Positions 48,254 to 57,704 are shown, counted from the first letter of the stretch. The stretch: DNA of 64,000 nt from Patescibacteria group bacterium (GCA_018818965.1 JAHJQX010000024.1:6105-70104); one strand, 5' to 3'. Numbers and translations are program-made. Notes: generated from the sequence alone by a model not told the origin.

Positions 48254-50335
48254 TTATTTATCAATCAGCGCTAAATTTATCCGACCCATCTCATCAATCT
48301 CAATCACTTTAACTTTCACGGTATCTCCCATTTTCACCACATCTTCAACTTTATTAACTCGTTGTTTGGACAATTTTGAGATATGAATCATACCATCTGT
48401 GCCTGGGAAAATCTCGACGAAAGCACCAAAATCCATGATGCGAACTACCTTACCAGTATACTCTTCGCCTAATTCAGCTTCTTTAGTTAGATCATCAACC
48501 CAAGTTCGAGCTTCCTGCATCTTCTTTTCGTCGACTGAGGTAATAGTCACTGAACCATCATCCTCAATATCAATTTCTACCCCCGTTTTATCAATGATCG
48601 CATTGATCATTTTACCACCAGGACCAATTACATCCCGTATTTTCTCCGGATTTATTTTGAAAGTAACTATTCTAGGGGCATATTCTGATAATTCCGGTCG
48701 GGGCTTATCAATTACCTTATTCATTGCCTCTAGTAATTCCAGACGAGCCTTCTTGGCCTGAGCAAAGGTATCAGCTACCATATCATCGGTTAAGCCATGC
48801 GTTTTAGTATCCATCTGAACAGCTGTGATACCATCTGTGGTACCGGCAACCTTAAAGTCCATGCCACCTACAGTATCTTCTAAGTCTTGCAGGTCAGTCA
48901 AAATCTTATAATCACCGTTACCATTTTGCACCAGACCCATCGCTATACCAGCCACAGCTTTCTTGATCGGCACGCCAGCGTCCATCAAAGCTAAAGAAGA
49001 TCCACAAGTAGAGGCCATTGAAGAAGAACCATTAGAACCTAATACTTCCGATACCAAGCGAATAGTATAAGGAAAATCTTCCTTATCGGGGACAACTGCC
49101 TCGAGAGCCTTCTCGGCTAGAGCACCATGTCCGATATCACGTCGGGAAGGACCACGCAGCGGCTGCACTTCGCCAACGCTGAAAGGAGGAAAATTATAGT
49201 GATGCATAAAGCGTTTTTTGTATTCCTCTTCCATGCCGTCAATTATCTGCTCTTTGCCAGGAGATCCTAGAGTGGTTATGGTTAAGACCTGTGTCTCACC
49301 CCGCATGAAATAACCTGAACCATGAACGCGTGGTAAGGCACCAGCTTCAATATCCAAGGTTCTGATTTCGTCCATTTTACGACCGCCGATTCTTTTTTCA
49401 TCCTTAAAAACACCTTCGCTAATAAGCCGCTCTAGAGTAGCAAAATAGGTATTTTTGATATTAATTTTTTGCTCCTCACCAAACTCCTCAATTAGCTGTG
49501 CCACAATCTCATCGCCCAAATTATAAATAATTTTCTTTCGCTCAGTCTTTTGCTCAGTGAACAAAATGTCGTTTAGCTTAGCTGAAGCTAACTCCTCCAC
49601 CTTTTGTTTAAGCTTCTCGTCAATTTCGGGAGCTGGCAGGTCTTTTTTCTCTTTGCCGATTTCTTTTTGCGCTTTGGCAATCAAGTCAATTACCTTCTTG
49701 ACGTGTTTTTTACCAAATTCGACAGCCGTTAAAAATGTCTCTTCGTCTGCTTCCTTGGCGCCAGCTTCTACCATGATTACTTTTCCCTCTCCGGTAACAG
49801 CTAGAATAAGGTCTATGATTGATTTCTGACGCGCTGCGAAGGTAGGATTTAATACCAATTCACCATCAACCTGTCCAACCCTGACTGCGGCCATTATCTG
49901 AGAAAAAGGGATGTCAGAGATAGTTAAAGCGCAGCTAGCAGCGATTAAAGCCGGAATGTCAGGATCGTTCTCCTCGTCAAAAGACAGGACATCAACAATG
50001 ACCTGAATATCGTTTCTAATGTGTTGCGGGAACAGAGGTCGCAGAGCACGATCAATTACCCGCGAACTGATGACTGCCTCATCGGATGGACGGCCTTCTT
50101 TTTTGATAAAACGAGAGCCTTTGATTTTGCCTGCGGCGTAGAGTTTTTCTTCATAATCAACCATTAGGGGGAAATAATCCACTTCGCCCCGAACATCATC
50201 GCTCATGACGACTGTTGCCAGTACTTTAGTATCACCATATTGGACGGTGACCGATCCATTGGTCTGCTGAGCATAACGCCCGCTGCCAATAACTAGTTTC
50301 TTTCCTCCAACTTCTGCCTCAAATGTTTTCTCCAT
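48254..50335 (-). CDS. pnp: Polynucleotide phosphorylase
   Basis: 693 aa. Two RNase PH domains, KH (…IGPGGKMINAII…) and a C-terminal S1 domain. Confidence 0.9.
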   Translation of the reverse strand: MEKTFEAEVGGKKLVIGSGRYAQQTNGSVTVQYGDTKVLATVVMSDDVRGEVDYFPLMVDYEEKLYAAGKIKGSRFIKKEGRPSDEAVISSRVIDRALRPLFPQHIRNDIQVIVDVLSFDEENDPDIPALIAASCALTISDIPFSQIMAAVRVGQVDGELVLNPTFAARQKSIIDLILAVTGEGKVIMVEAGAKEADEETFLTAVEFGKKHVKKVIDLIAKAQKEIGKEKKDLPAPEIDEKLKQKVEELASAKLNDILFTEQKTERKKIIYNLGDEIVAQLIEEFGEEQKINIKNTYFATLERLISEGVFKDEKRIGGRKMDEIRTLDIEAGALPRVHGSGYFMRGETQVLTITTLGSPGKEQIIDGMEEEYKKRFMHHYNFPPFSVGEVQPLRGPSRRDIGHGALAEKALEAVVPDKEDFPYTIRLVSEVLGSNGSSSMASTCGSSLALMDAGVPIKKAVAGIAMGLVQNGNGDYKILTDLQDLEDTVGGMDFKVAGTTDGITAVQMDTKTHGLTDDMVADTFAQAKKARLELLEAMNKVIDKPRPELSEYAPRIVTFKINPEKIRDVIGPGGKMINAIIDKTGVEIDIEDDGSVTITSVDEKKMQEARTWVDDLTKEAELGEEYTGKVVRIMDFGAFVEIFPGTDGMIHISKLSKQRVNKVEDVVKMGDTVKVKVIEIDEMGRINLALIDK

Positions 50336-50368
50336 GAGAAATTTTTCCTTTCTTGTCCCAGGAGAAAG

Positions 50369-50388
50369 CGGATATCAAGGAATAGCGG
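50369..50388 (-). promoter_or_regulatory. Hairpin in the pnp 5' leader
   Basis: GAAATATC-ggct-GATATTTC perfect 8-bp stem, 33 nt upstream of the pnp start. Confidence 0.3.
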
Positions 50389-50454
50389 GAAATATCGGCT
50401 GATATTTCACAGTAACCCATGATATACTCAATTTTCCTGGAACTGAATTATCAA

Positions 50455-50967
50455 TTAACTTATTAAGAACTTCTTATCCTTCTCCAAATCAATAAAATCA
50501 TCGGCTTCTTCGATTAACTTGGAAGAAGCACTTTTTTTAAAAGCTACCAACTCTACTTTACAACTCATCGCTCTCTTTAAATGCTGCACCAGCGGAATAA
50601 AGTCACCATCACCAGAAACTATTACGACCGTATCAAGCTTAGGGGCAAATTCGATTGTGTCCATCGCGATTCCGATGTCCCAATCACCTTTTTTCGCTCC
50701 ACCATAGAATATCTGGAGATCTTTAGCTCTCACTTCATAGCCAAATTTTTCTAGAGCGCCGAAAAAGTCCTTTTCTTTCGCAAAAACGTCAGTCTTAATC
50801 ACATAGGCCACGGCTCGAATTAATTTTCGATCAGCTACTGCTGCTTGTAAGACTTCCTTAAAATTTACTTTCTTTTTATAAAGCGCCCGAGCTGAATAAT
50901 ATAGATTCTGGACATCCACAAACACTCCGATACGCTGCTCTTTATGCTTTGAAGCTATCTGCGACAT
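50455..50967 (-). CDS. NYN-domain (LabA-like, PIN-fold) putative RNase
   Basis: 170 aa. Motifs GVFVDVQNLYYSA, VSGDGDF. Inserted between rpsO and pnp. Confidence 0.7.
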   Translation of the reverse strand: MSQIASKHKEQRIGVFVDVQNLYYSARALYKKKVNFKEVLQAAVADRKLIRAVAYVIKTDVFAKEKDFFGALEKFGYEVRAKDLQIFYGGAKKGDWDIGIAMDTIEFAPKLDTVVIVSGDGDFIPLVQHLKRAMSCKVELVAFKKSASSKLIEEADDFIDLEKDKKFLIS

Positions 50968-50974
50968 ATAATGC

Positions 50975-51241
50975 TTATTTCTTCAACCCTAATTTCTTAA
51001 TTAATTTCTCATATCTCTTTTCATCTTCTCGCTTGAGATAACTGAGTAGTTTCCGCCGCTGATTAACTTTACCTAGTAGGCCACGGCGAGAAGACTCGTC
51101 TTTCTTGTGCTTCTTAAGATGTTTAGCCAGATAATCAATTTCCGCACTGAGAATGGCAATTTGCACCTCTGGCGACCCCGTATCGCCTTTCTTAGTAGCG
51201 TATTTGACGATCAGATTGTCTTTTTTCTTTTTAGTCAGCAT
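50975..51241 (-). CDS. rpsO: 30S ribosomal protein S15
   Basis: 88 aa with S15 signature (…[30 protein letters not shown]…). Confidence 0.85.
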   Translation of the reverse strand: MLTKKKKDNLIVKYATKKGDTGSPEVQIAILSAEIDYLAKHLKKHKKDESSRRGLLGKVNQRRKLLSYLKREDEKRYEKLIKKLGLKK

Positions 51242-51397
51242 GTTTTTTCGTCCGCGATTTTCCAGTATCCAGTAGAAACAGAAAATAGCCGTTAACTACT
51301 CGGCTAAACCAGAAAATCGTAGTTATTTAATATCTAACATCTGCCTGTCAACAGATAGGCTAGTCTATACTAGCACACTAGTTGGATTTAGCAAGGG

Positions 51398-51426
51398 TTG
51401 TCGCTACTGACGATGTGTCGTACAAT
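51398..51426 (+). promoter_or_regulatory. Promoter candidate for xerD
   Basis: TTGTCG, 17 nt spacer, TACAAT. Confidence 0.3.
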
Positions 51427-51496
51427 GTTAGGTGTTAGAGACTGTTTAAAATATTTCTAGTAGTCCTGCCACCTGAAACCCATAACCTATCCCCTC

Positions 51497-52444
51497 ATGC
51501 CCCAAAAGGCTAACAACCAGATTAATTCCCTCCTCACCGAATTCCTCGAGTACTGCGAGATTGAAAAAAACCACAGCCAAAAAACGATTAAGAATTACGA
51601 TCATTATCTGTGTCGTTTTTTAATTTGGGCGGAAATCAATGAGCCGGAACAAATCACTCTCGATTTGATTAGAAAATATCGCATTTATCTCAATCGCCTG
51701 CAAGACGATAAAGGTAATAATCTCAAGAAAATCACTCAAAGTTATCACATCATTGCTATTCGTGCCTTCTTGAAGTACCTAGCCAAGCGTGATATCAAAA
51801 CCTTAGCCTCGGAAAAAATTGAGTTGCCCAAAATTCCAGAGAGAACCGTAGACTTTCTCGATGAATCCGAACTTGAAAGATTACTAGCGACCCCTGACAC
51901 TTCTGACGCCAGAGGCCTACGCGACAAATCTATCCTGGAGCTACTTTTCAGCACCGGTATGCGTATTTCTGAGCTGGTGTCCGTCAATTGCAATCAGATC
52001 GGAGCTAATAAAGACGAACTCACCATTCGCGGGAAAGGCGACAAACCACGCGTGGTTTTTATTTCCCCGGCAGCGAAAAAATGGATTGAGCTATACCTCA
52101 AAAAACGACACGATAACTGCCCGGCACTTTTTATCAACTATCCGCGCGGCCAGACTAAGAAAGAAGATCCCAGCAACCCTGACTTTCGCCGCCTCACTCC
52201 ACGCAGCATCCAGAGAATTATTAGTAAATACGCCAAGCTGGCCGGAATAACTAAAAAAGTGACACCTCATGTCCTGCGTCACTCGATGGCGACTGATTTA
52301 CTGTCCTCCGGGGCTGACATTCGTTCGGTTCAGGCCATGCTCGGCCATAGCAACATCTCCACTACCCAAATTTACACTCACGTGACGGATAAGGGACTTA
52401 AAGAAGTACACCGGGCGTTCCATGGGAAACAAAGGAAGGGTTAA
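51497..52444 (+). CDS. xerD: Tyrosine recombinase XerC/XerD family
   Basis: 315 aa. Catalytic R…HxLRH…Y: LRHSMATDLL, GHSNISTTQIYTH. Confidence 0.8.
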   Translation: MPQKANNQINSLLTEFLEYCEIEKNHSQKTIKNYDHYLCRFLIWAEINEPEQITLDLIRKYRIYLNRLQDDKGNNLKKITQSYHIIAIRAFLKYLAKRDIKTLASEKIELPKIPERTVDFLDESELERLLATPDTSDARGLRDKSILELLFSTGMRISELVSVNCNQIGANKDELTIRGKGDKPRVVFISPAAKKWIELYLKKRHDNCPALFINYPRGQTKKEDPSNPDFRRLTPRSIQRIISKYAKLAGITKKVTPHVLRHSMATDLLSSGADIRSVQAMLGHSNISTTQIYTHVTDKGLKEVHRAFHGKQRKG

Positions 52445-52519
52445 CATTTCTTCCCTAAAAATATACACTAAGTAAATCCCTGGAAAAAAGAACGAACCTT
52501 TCACATACAAGGAGGCGAC

Positions 52520-53446
52520 ATGCCTTTTCTTCTACTCAATGGGAGAAAACCTAGATGGTTGGGCGATCTCATGAGGCTCGCCCAGAAACACGGTTGTGAA
52601 TGCTGTACAACCGGATCGGAGTATAGAATAGCGGAGGCTCTGACAGGTCTCGCCGGAAATGGCGATGGTTTCGCTGGCATACTGGGGGGAGATGGCAGTA
52701 TACAGCAATACCTGACGGCTGCCCTACGACGAAACCTGGCAGCCGAACTCACTGTCGCTCCTCTGGGTGGAGGAACGATGGAACAGCTCCTCAACTGGTT
52801 GGGTTGGAAAGGCACCCCACCACAAATCGCCAGTCAAGTCATTCAAGCTCACCAGTGGGGTAAACTGCGTACCCGAGAAGTTCCTCTGCTGCAAGTTGAG
52901 CATGATGGCAAAGTCCACTACGGATTTATGTTTTTGGTGGGTCCATTGGTTCGCCTGCTCAACAAATATGACCGGGAGGGAAGAAGCGTTTGGCGGGCTT
53001 GTGCCACTGCTGGCTGGTCATCTCTGGCAGCCCTTACCGGGTGGCCAAGAAGATATCAGCGGCTAATCCACCCTGCCCAGACAGAAATCACCCTCGATGG
53101 TCATCCGCGGGACAACTTTAAAAGTCCAACAATCGTCATCGCTTCCATGTTCGACCGCATGGTCTTTCGCTTCCGGCCTTTTTTGCCCGCAGGCGATAGT
53201 CCAGAGTCTGGTAAATTCTTCACCATACTCTCAGACCTGTCACCTTTTGAGATTGTGGCCAGGATCCCCCTCTTTCATCAAGGGCGCGTCCCCGAAAGCT
53301 TGCATCTCCTAAATCATCCGGGCAGTAGATTGACTGTAAAGACTGCTGAGAAATTCTGCACTGTCGACGGCGAGCTCATCCCGATCAAGCCTGGTGAGCC
53401 AATCACCATCACGATCGGTCCAACTGTCAAACTGGTTGTTCCTTGA
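52520..53446 (+). CDS. Diacylglycerol-kinase-catalytic-domain (DAGK_cat / YegS-like) lipid kinase family protein, GC-rich
   Basis: GGDGS motif (ILGGDGSIQQYL) and downstream DGE. Strong SD AAGGAGG. Local GC content is visibly higher than in neighbouring genes. Confidence 0.55.
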   Translation: MPFLLLNGRKPRWLGDLMRLAQKHGCECCTTGSEYRIAEALTGLAGNGDGFAGILGGDGSIQQYLTAALRRNLAAELTVAPLGGGTMEQLLNWLGWKGTPPQIASQVIQAHQWGKLRTREVPLLQVEHDGKVHYGFMFLVGPLVRLLNKYDREGRSVWRACATAGWSSLAALTGWPRRYQRLIHPAQTEITLDGHPRDNFKSPTIVIASMFDRMVFRFRPFLPAGDSPESGKFFTILSDLSPFEIVARIPLFHQGRVPESLHLLNHPGSRLTVKTAEKFCTVDGELIPIKPGEPITITIGPTVKLVVP

Positions 53447-53456
53447 TCAACACCGA

Positions 53457-53488
53457 GACTGTCCCCCTCCGGATAGTCTTTTTTTTTA
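53457..53488 (+). terminator. Rho-independent terminator
   Basis: GACTGTCC-cccctc-GGATAGTC followed by T9. Confidence 0.5.
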
Positions 53489-53570
53489 TTAAAGAGGATC
53501 CCTAAACCCCTTGCGTCTTTCCCTAAACCACGCTAAGGTATTTTTACTGATCAATTTAATTTTCATCATT

Positions 53571-53879
53571 ATGCCAATCACTAAAGCCGCTAAAAAAGCG
53601 TTGAGACAATCGAAAAAACGCCAACAGTGCAATATTAGAATCAAAAACCGGATCAAAACAATCACCCGTCAGGTGAATGATTTGATTAAGGCCGGTAAGA
53701 AAGTAGAAGCAGAGAAGGCTTTGCAAAAAGCATATTCAGCCCTAGACAAAGCAACCAAAAAGAAAAAGATTAAGAAAAATACCGCGGCGCGGCGCAAGTC
53801 ACGACTAGCCAGCGCAGTAAATAAAGCGGGAGGTAAAAAAAAGCAAACTAAAACTACCACCCCAAAGACCAAAAAATAA
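53571..53879 (+). CDS. rpsT: 30S ribosomal protein S20
   Basis: MPITKAAKKALRQSKKRQQ… is a typical S20 start. The ORF-track start at 53511 is likely too early. Confidence 0.8.
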   Translation: MPITKAAKKALRQSKKRQQCNIRIKNRIKTITRQVNDLIKAGKKVEAEKALQKAYSALDKATKKKKIKKNTAARRKSRLASAVNKAGGKKKQTKTTTPKTKK

Positions 53880-53935
53880 TACTTATATTAAAAAACAGCT
53901 TGGCCATAGGCTGTTTTTTGTTTTCACTCACCTTT

Positions 53936-54883
53936 CTAACCACACAACCCCACTACTAATAAATCCAGGCCCAACTGCGGCTCAATTTTACTGGTTTTAA
54001 TCGCCTCGTCCAAATCTAGCAGCTTACGATAAATCATCTTTAATCCGGCTGAACTATAATTACTCGCCTGCTGAGCTGTTTTCTGAGCAACGAACGGATG
54101 CATCTTCGCTTCTTTGGCTATACTGCGTTGGTTACTACCATTTTCTAGCAATTCTTTAACAATCAACAGATTACGAAATTGATAAGTAATCATGCTGAGT
54201 AAATAAAGGGCATGTTCACCGGATGACAATTGATCATGCAGCAATTTCAAAGCGTTCTCTCTATCCTTGCGTCCCAAAGCGTCCACAAAATTAAAAATAT
54301 TAGTATCTAACTTAGCTTTTACTAACTCATCAATATCTTCCGCCGTAATTTCAACGCCTTTCTTATAAGTAACCAACTTGTCTATTTCCTGCGCCATCTG
54401 CCAGAGATCATTGCCGACATAGGCGGCTAATTTACTAGCTGTATCGGCAGCAATCTTACCACCTCGGCTAACAACTTCAGCAGCAATCCATTTATTCAAG
54501 GCTTGGCCAATTAACAATGTAACTTCCTCCGCCTGACCCTGTTTAGCTAGTAATTTAAATAATTTAGCCCGTTTGTCTGGCACGCCCGCTTCCCAAAAAA
54601 CTACCACTGAGCTCTCCGGCAAACCCTGACTAAGTAAATCGGCAATCCCTGCCAAGAGACTTTTATTTTTCCCACCCAGAATATTCTCGACTATAATTAG
54701 CCTCTTCTCACCCATAAAAGGCGTTGCCTGGACAGCATTTTTCAGTTCGGCCAACTCTACCTGTCTACCATCCAGCTCCTGTAAATTAATGCCGGAAGAA
54801 TCCTTAGCTAGGAAGTTGGCTTTAAGTTTATTTAGTTTTTGACGCGAACGATAATTGTCCTCGCCGTAGAGAAAGATAAGCAT
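53936..54883 (-). CDS. holA: DNA polymerase III delta subunit
   Basis: 315 aa. N-terminal RFC-like fold without a Walker A; the helical C-terminal domain is typical of HolA. Confidence 0.7.
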   Translation of the reverse strand: MLIFLYGEDNYRSRQKLNKLKANFLAKDSSGINLQELDGRQVELAELKNAVQATPFMGEKRLIIVENILGGKNKSLLAGIADLLSQGLPESSVVVFWEAGVPDKRAKLFKLLAKQGQAEEVTLLIGQALNKWIAAEVVSRGGKIAADTASKLAAYVGNDLWQMAQEIDKLVTYKKGVEITAEDIDELVKAKLDTNIFNFVDALGRKDRENALKLLHDQLSSGEHALYLLSMITYQFRNLLIVKELLENGSNQRSIAKEAKMHPFVAQKTAQQASNYSSAGLKMIYRKLLDLDEAIKTSKIEPQLGLDLLVVGLCG

Positions 54884-55108
54884 AAAAATTTAGTAAGTTC
54901 ATTATAGTTGTTCTGCGAACATTGCGAAGTTTGATGAGCCTGAGAATAAAACAACTATAATGAACTTACCCCAACAACTTTCTCAGTGTACCGCAAATCA
55001 GTCATGTGAACAATAAAGGCGACGGATACGTCAGCTGATAATCGCCGCGTGAATAAAATCTCCTTCCTCACCCCAGACAGTGCCCAACGCCCAGGTGTAG
55101 ATTCTATT

Positions 55109-55507
55109 CTAACTCGTCGCCTTTTTTTCTTTCCCACCCACAACTTCCCTAATTTTGTACAGCAGCTCATCGTAGTCAAAAGGTTTTTCCAGAACGCCTT
55201 TTATTATTCCCAGGCGTTTCATTTCCTCTTGAGAGTTTATCACTGAAGAAAGGGGTAGGGCAGAAATAAGAATCACCGGCACCTTTGGCAGTCGATCATC
55301 CTGCGACATCTTTTGACAGACTTCCACGCCATTTAGATCTGGCATCATGACATCAAGAACCATCACGTCATAATTATATTTTTTCAGTTTGGCCAGCGCG
55401 CCGCGGCCACCATGCGCGACATCAACTCGACACTTAAGCTCATCGGCGACAATTTCTTGAATAATCTCGGCGATGTCTTTATTATTATCCACTATTAAGA
55501 TTTGCAT
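55109..55507 (-). CDS. Stand-alone response-regulator receiver (CheY-like) protein
   Basis: MQILIVDNNKD…DVMVLDVMMPDLNGVEV. Conserved D-D…D…K receiver pattern. Confidence 0.75.
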   Translation of the reverse strand: MQILIVDNNKDIAEIIQEIVADELKCRVDVAHGGRGALAKLKKYNYDVMVLDVMMPDLNGVEVCQKMSQDDRLPKVPVILISALPLSSVINSQEEMKRLGIIKGVLEKPFDYDELLYKIREVVGGKEKKATS

Positions 55508-55509
55508 AA

Positions 55510-55770
55510 TTATTTGTCCTCCGGTAAAACGGCTGATTTAACATTTACTCCTTTAATTTTACCTAACAGCCCAGTGAAAGCACCTAACTGATCAGTATTA
55601 GCCCGCATCAGTATGCCAAATAATGAATTCTGCTTTCGCGGATCGGGAACCTGGATTGAGCCCATCATATACCGTTCAAATTTACTCATCACGCTGACAA
55701 TATCTAGGAAAGCACGTGAACCAGACGGAAAACTTATTAAGATAAATGCCATTCGCGGATATTGAGACAT
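55510..55770 (-). CDS. Small ACT-like/regulatory domain protein
   Basis: 86 aa with a beta-alpha-beta-beta-alpha-beta style pattern (AFILISFPSGSRAFLDIVSVMS…LFGILMRANTDQLGAFTGLL). Only 2 nt from the receiver gene. Confidence 0.3.
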   Translation of the reverse strand: MSQYPRMAFILISFPSGSRAFLDIVSVMSKFERYMMGSIQVPDPRKQNSLFGILMRANTDQLGAFTGLLGKIKGVNVKSAVLPEDK

Positions 55771-56045
55771 AAAATTTTTTGTTAATAGACGCTCTCACCC
55801 AGATAGACAGAAAGTTCTCGCAGAATTAAAAAATCCCGCCGGGGAAACCAAGCGAGACATTAGCCAAATTGAAAATATATTTTGATTGCATTTGTTTGTC
55901 CTCGTGATCAGACTTCGCCCGTCATCGACTTATCGCCGGGAAAATCAAGTCCTCGCACTTAGATTTATTTCTTACAGATATTTTAGCGCTAATTTATTTC
56001 TGCGCCAGTTAATATTTGGGGATAAAATTGGGATAATTGTTACCT

Positions 56046-56780
56046 CTAATTAATATTATGATCATAGCACTTCCCGCCGCCAAAGCTATAATGCCAATAT
56101 TCTCCTTGATATGATTTTCCGCCCACCGCTTTCATTGAGGCTTTCAATATATTTCTTAATTTTGTAATCGGATAACGATTAGCCGTTATATAGCCAAGGC
56201 CTTGATAGCTTGAGGGATTATCCCGCCTAGGATCTAGTTTACGCCCAGCTGAGCCATGATTAGAATTACGATTAAATTCGTCAAACCTTGATCCCAGCCA
56301 AATTTCTCTAATTGTCCCGTCCTTCATCCTGTAACCTAAAGTGGCATCCAAAACTTTACCTTTATTATGACCAGAAATATTTGCCGCTACATAGGCTCGA
56401 CTAACATTATTTCTTTTTGCCCAATCAGCCATCGCGTGAGTTGCTTTGTGTGGCCGATATCCATCCTTGACTATAATATGAATATTATTAGCCATTTCCG
56501 TGCTAAAACCATTTTCTATTAAATTACCCCGCACGATTTCTTGTAATGTATCTAATTTCTTCACGACGTCAGGGTCGAGCCAAACTTCTTTCGCCTCATA
56601 ACCTGGCACTGGTTCACCAGTAAAATTCCGCTTTGTAGCATAAACCGGATCGATCACCACCTCGTCTCGTCTCACTTGTGCCCCCCCTTCTAGTAGCGGC
56701 CATTTGCCTAAAATGAGGATCCCTATCAACACAACCGGGATGAGCCAACACCTCGCCAGGCTTACCAGCCGCATAGACAC
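56046..56780 (-). CDS. Peptidase M15 (VanX/DdpX-like D-Ala-D-Ala dipeptidase family) with N-terminal signal/TM
   Basis: SxHxxGxAxD-like ISGHNKGKVLD and C-terminal GEYWHYSF (EWWHF-like) motifs. Confidence 0.55.
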   Translation of the reverse strand: MSMRLVSLARCWLIPVVLIGILILGKWPLLEGGAQVRRDEVVIDPVYATKRNFTGEPVPGYEAKEVWLDPDVVKKLDTLQEIVRGNLIENGFSTEMANNIHIIVKDGYRPHKATHAMADWAKRNNVSRAYVAANISGHNKGKVLDATLGYRMKDGTIREIWLGSRFDEFNRNSNHGSAGRKLDPRRDNPSSYQGLGYITANRYPITKLRNILKASMKAVGGKSYQGEYWHYSFGGGKCYDHNIN

Positions 56781-57045
56781 CAGTAGCAGCAGCCAAAGCT
56801 CCTATAAAACCACGCCGACTGACTCCCTTGGGTCGGCTATTTTGGTTACTTGATTGGCCTGGATCATCATCCAGCGATTTTTCATCTGTTCTTCTTGGAT
56901 CATTCAAAGCATCAACTTCAAAAGTAAGCTGATCCCCAGCGATATCTTCGCTGTTCTCTCGATCAAGTCCTTCAAGTTCTTCACTATACGACTCAGGTTG
57001 AAGATCATCTATAATTTCGTCAATTGGTGGTCTTTCTGGACTCAT
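56614..57045 (-). CDS. Acidic protein with twin-arginine (Tat) signal-like segment; overlaps the M15 gene (possible frameshift)
   Basis: Acidic 75-aa N-terminus, then SRRGFIGALAAATGVYAAG (RR-x-F-[IL]-G Tat motif). The 167-nt out-of-frame overlap with 56046..56780 spans a C7 tract at 56681-56687. Confidence 0.3.
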   Translation of the reverse strand: MSPERPPIDEIIDDLQPESYSEELEGLDRENSEDIAGDQLTFEVDALNDPRRTDEKSLDDDPGQSSNQNSRPKGVSRRGFIGALAAATGVYAAGKPGEVLAHPGCVDRDPHFRQMAATRRGGTSETRRGGDRSGLCYKAEFYW

Positions 57046-57248
57046 ATGCTTTGTTAGTTATAACTCCCCTGTCCAATATTATATCTAACTGATTGTAGAT
57101 TGACAAGAAGCATAATATATAATACACTACAGTTATGGTTATTATTTGCTGTCTACAATTCAAAAAAGCAAAGAAAAGCCCAACTTTCCGTTGTGGAGTT
57201 TCTTTGTTTAATTTGTAGCTACTAAATAAAGCTTAAATCAAGAATCAG

Positions 57249-57273
57249 AAACCTCCATAACGGAGGTTTTTTT
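57249..57273 (+). terminator. Terminator-like hairpin immediately upstream of the zinc-ribbon gene
   Basis: AACCTCC-ataac-GGAGGTT followed by T6. Confidence 0.45.
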
Positions 57274-57301
57274 GTGCACCTTGAAAAAGGAGATGGCGAA
57301 A

Positions 57302-57640
57302 ATGGAATGTTCAAAGTGTGGAACTGGCATGAGGCGCATGCTCGACAGAGAGCTCACAACAAAGACTTACCCCTACTGCGGTAGGCCACTACTCGTAAGA
57401 GATCTCTACCAATATACATGCAGCTCTTGCGGTCACCAAGAGGTTCGAGGGGAAAACCTCCGACCATATCTGGAATGTCCGAACTGCCCGACTCTGGTCG
57501 AAATGGAGCCGCGATATTTCTACATTGACGAAAAGGGGGATCGTCACAACGAGTGTCGCGAAGATTACGACAAACCCCCGACGCTAGCCGAAGTTTACCT
57601 GTTTGTCTGCCACCGCTGTGGATGCCAGGAGAAGATGTAG
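57302..57640 (+). CDS. Multi-CxxC zinc-ribbon protein
   Basis: MECSKCG…YCG…CSSCGHQ…CPNCP…CHRCGC. SD AAGGAG sits 9 nt upstream of the ATG at 57302. The ORF track begins at the TTG at 57272. Confidence 0.5.
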   Translation: MECSKCGTGMRRMLDRELTTKTYPYCGRPLLVRDLYQYTCSSCGHQEVRGENLRPYLECPNCPTLVEMEPRYFYIDEKGDRHNECREDYDKPPTLAEVYLFVCHRCGCQEKM

Positions 57641-57704
57641 ATAAATTACCATCCAAAATACCAGAAAGGAGAATCTGATAAAATGTCCCGAATGCGAAGG
57701 TGAG

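Noticed and set aside
54955-55179. 74-aa minus-strand ORF between holA and the receiver gene
   Set aside because: It overlaps the receiver gene's 3' end out of frame and has no features. It is likely spurious.
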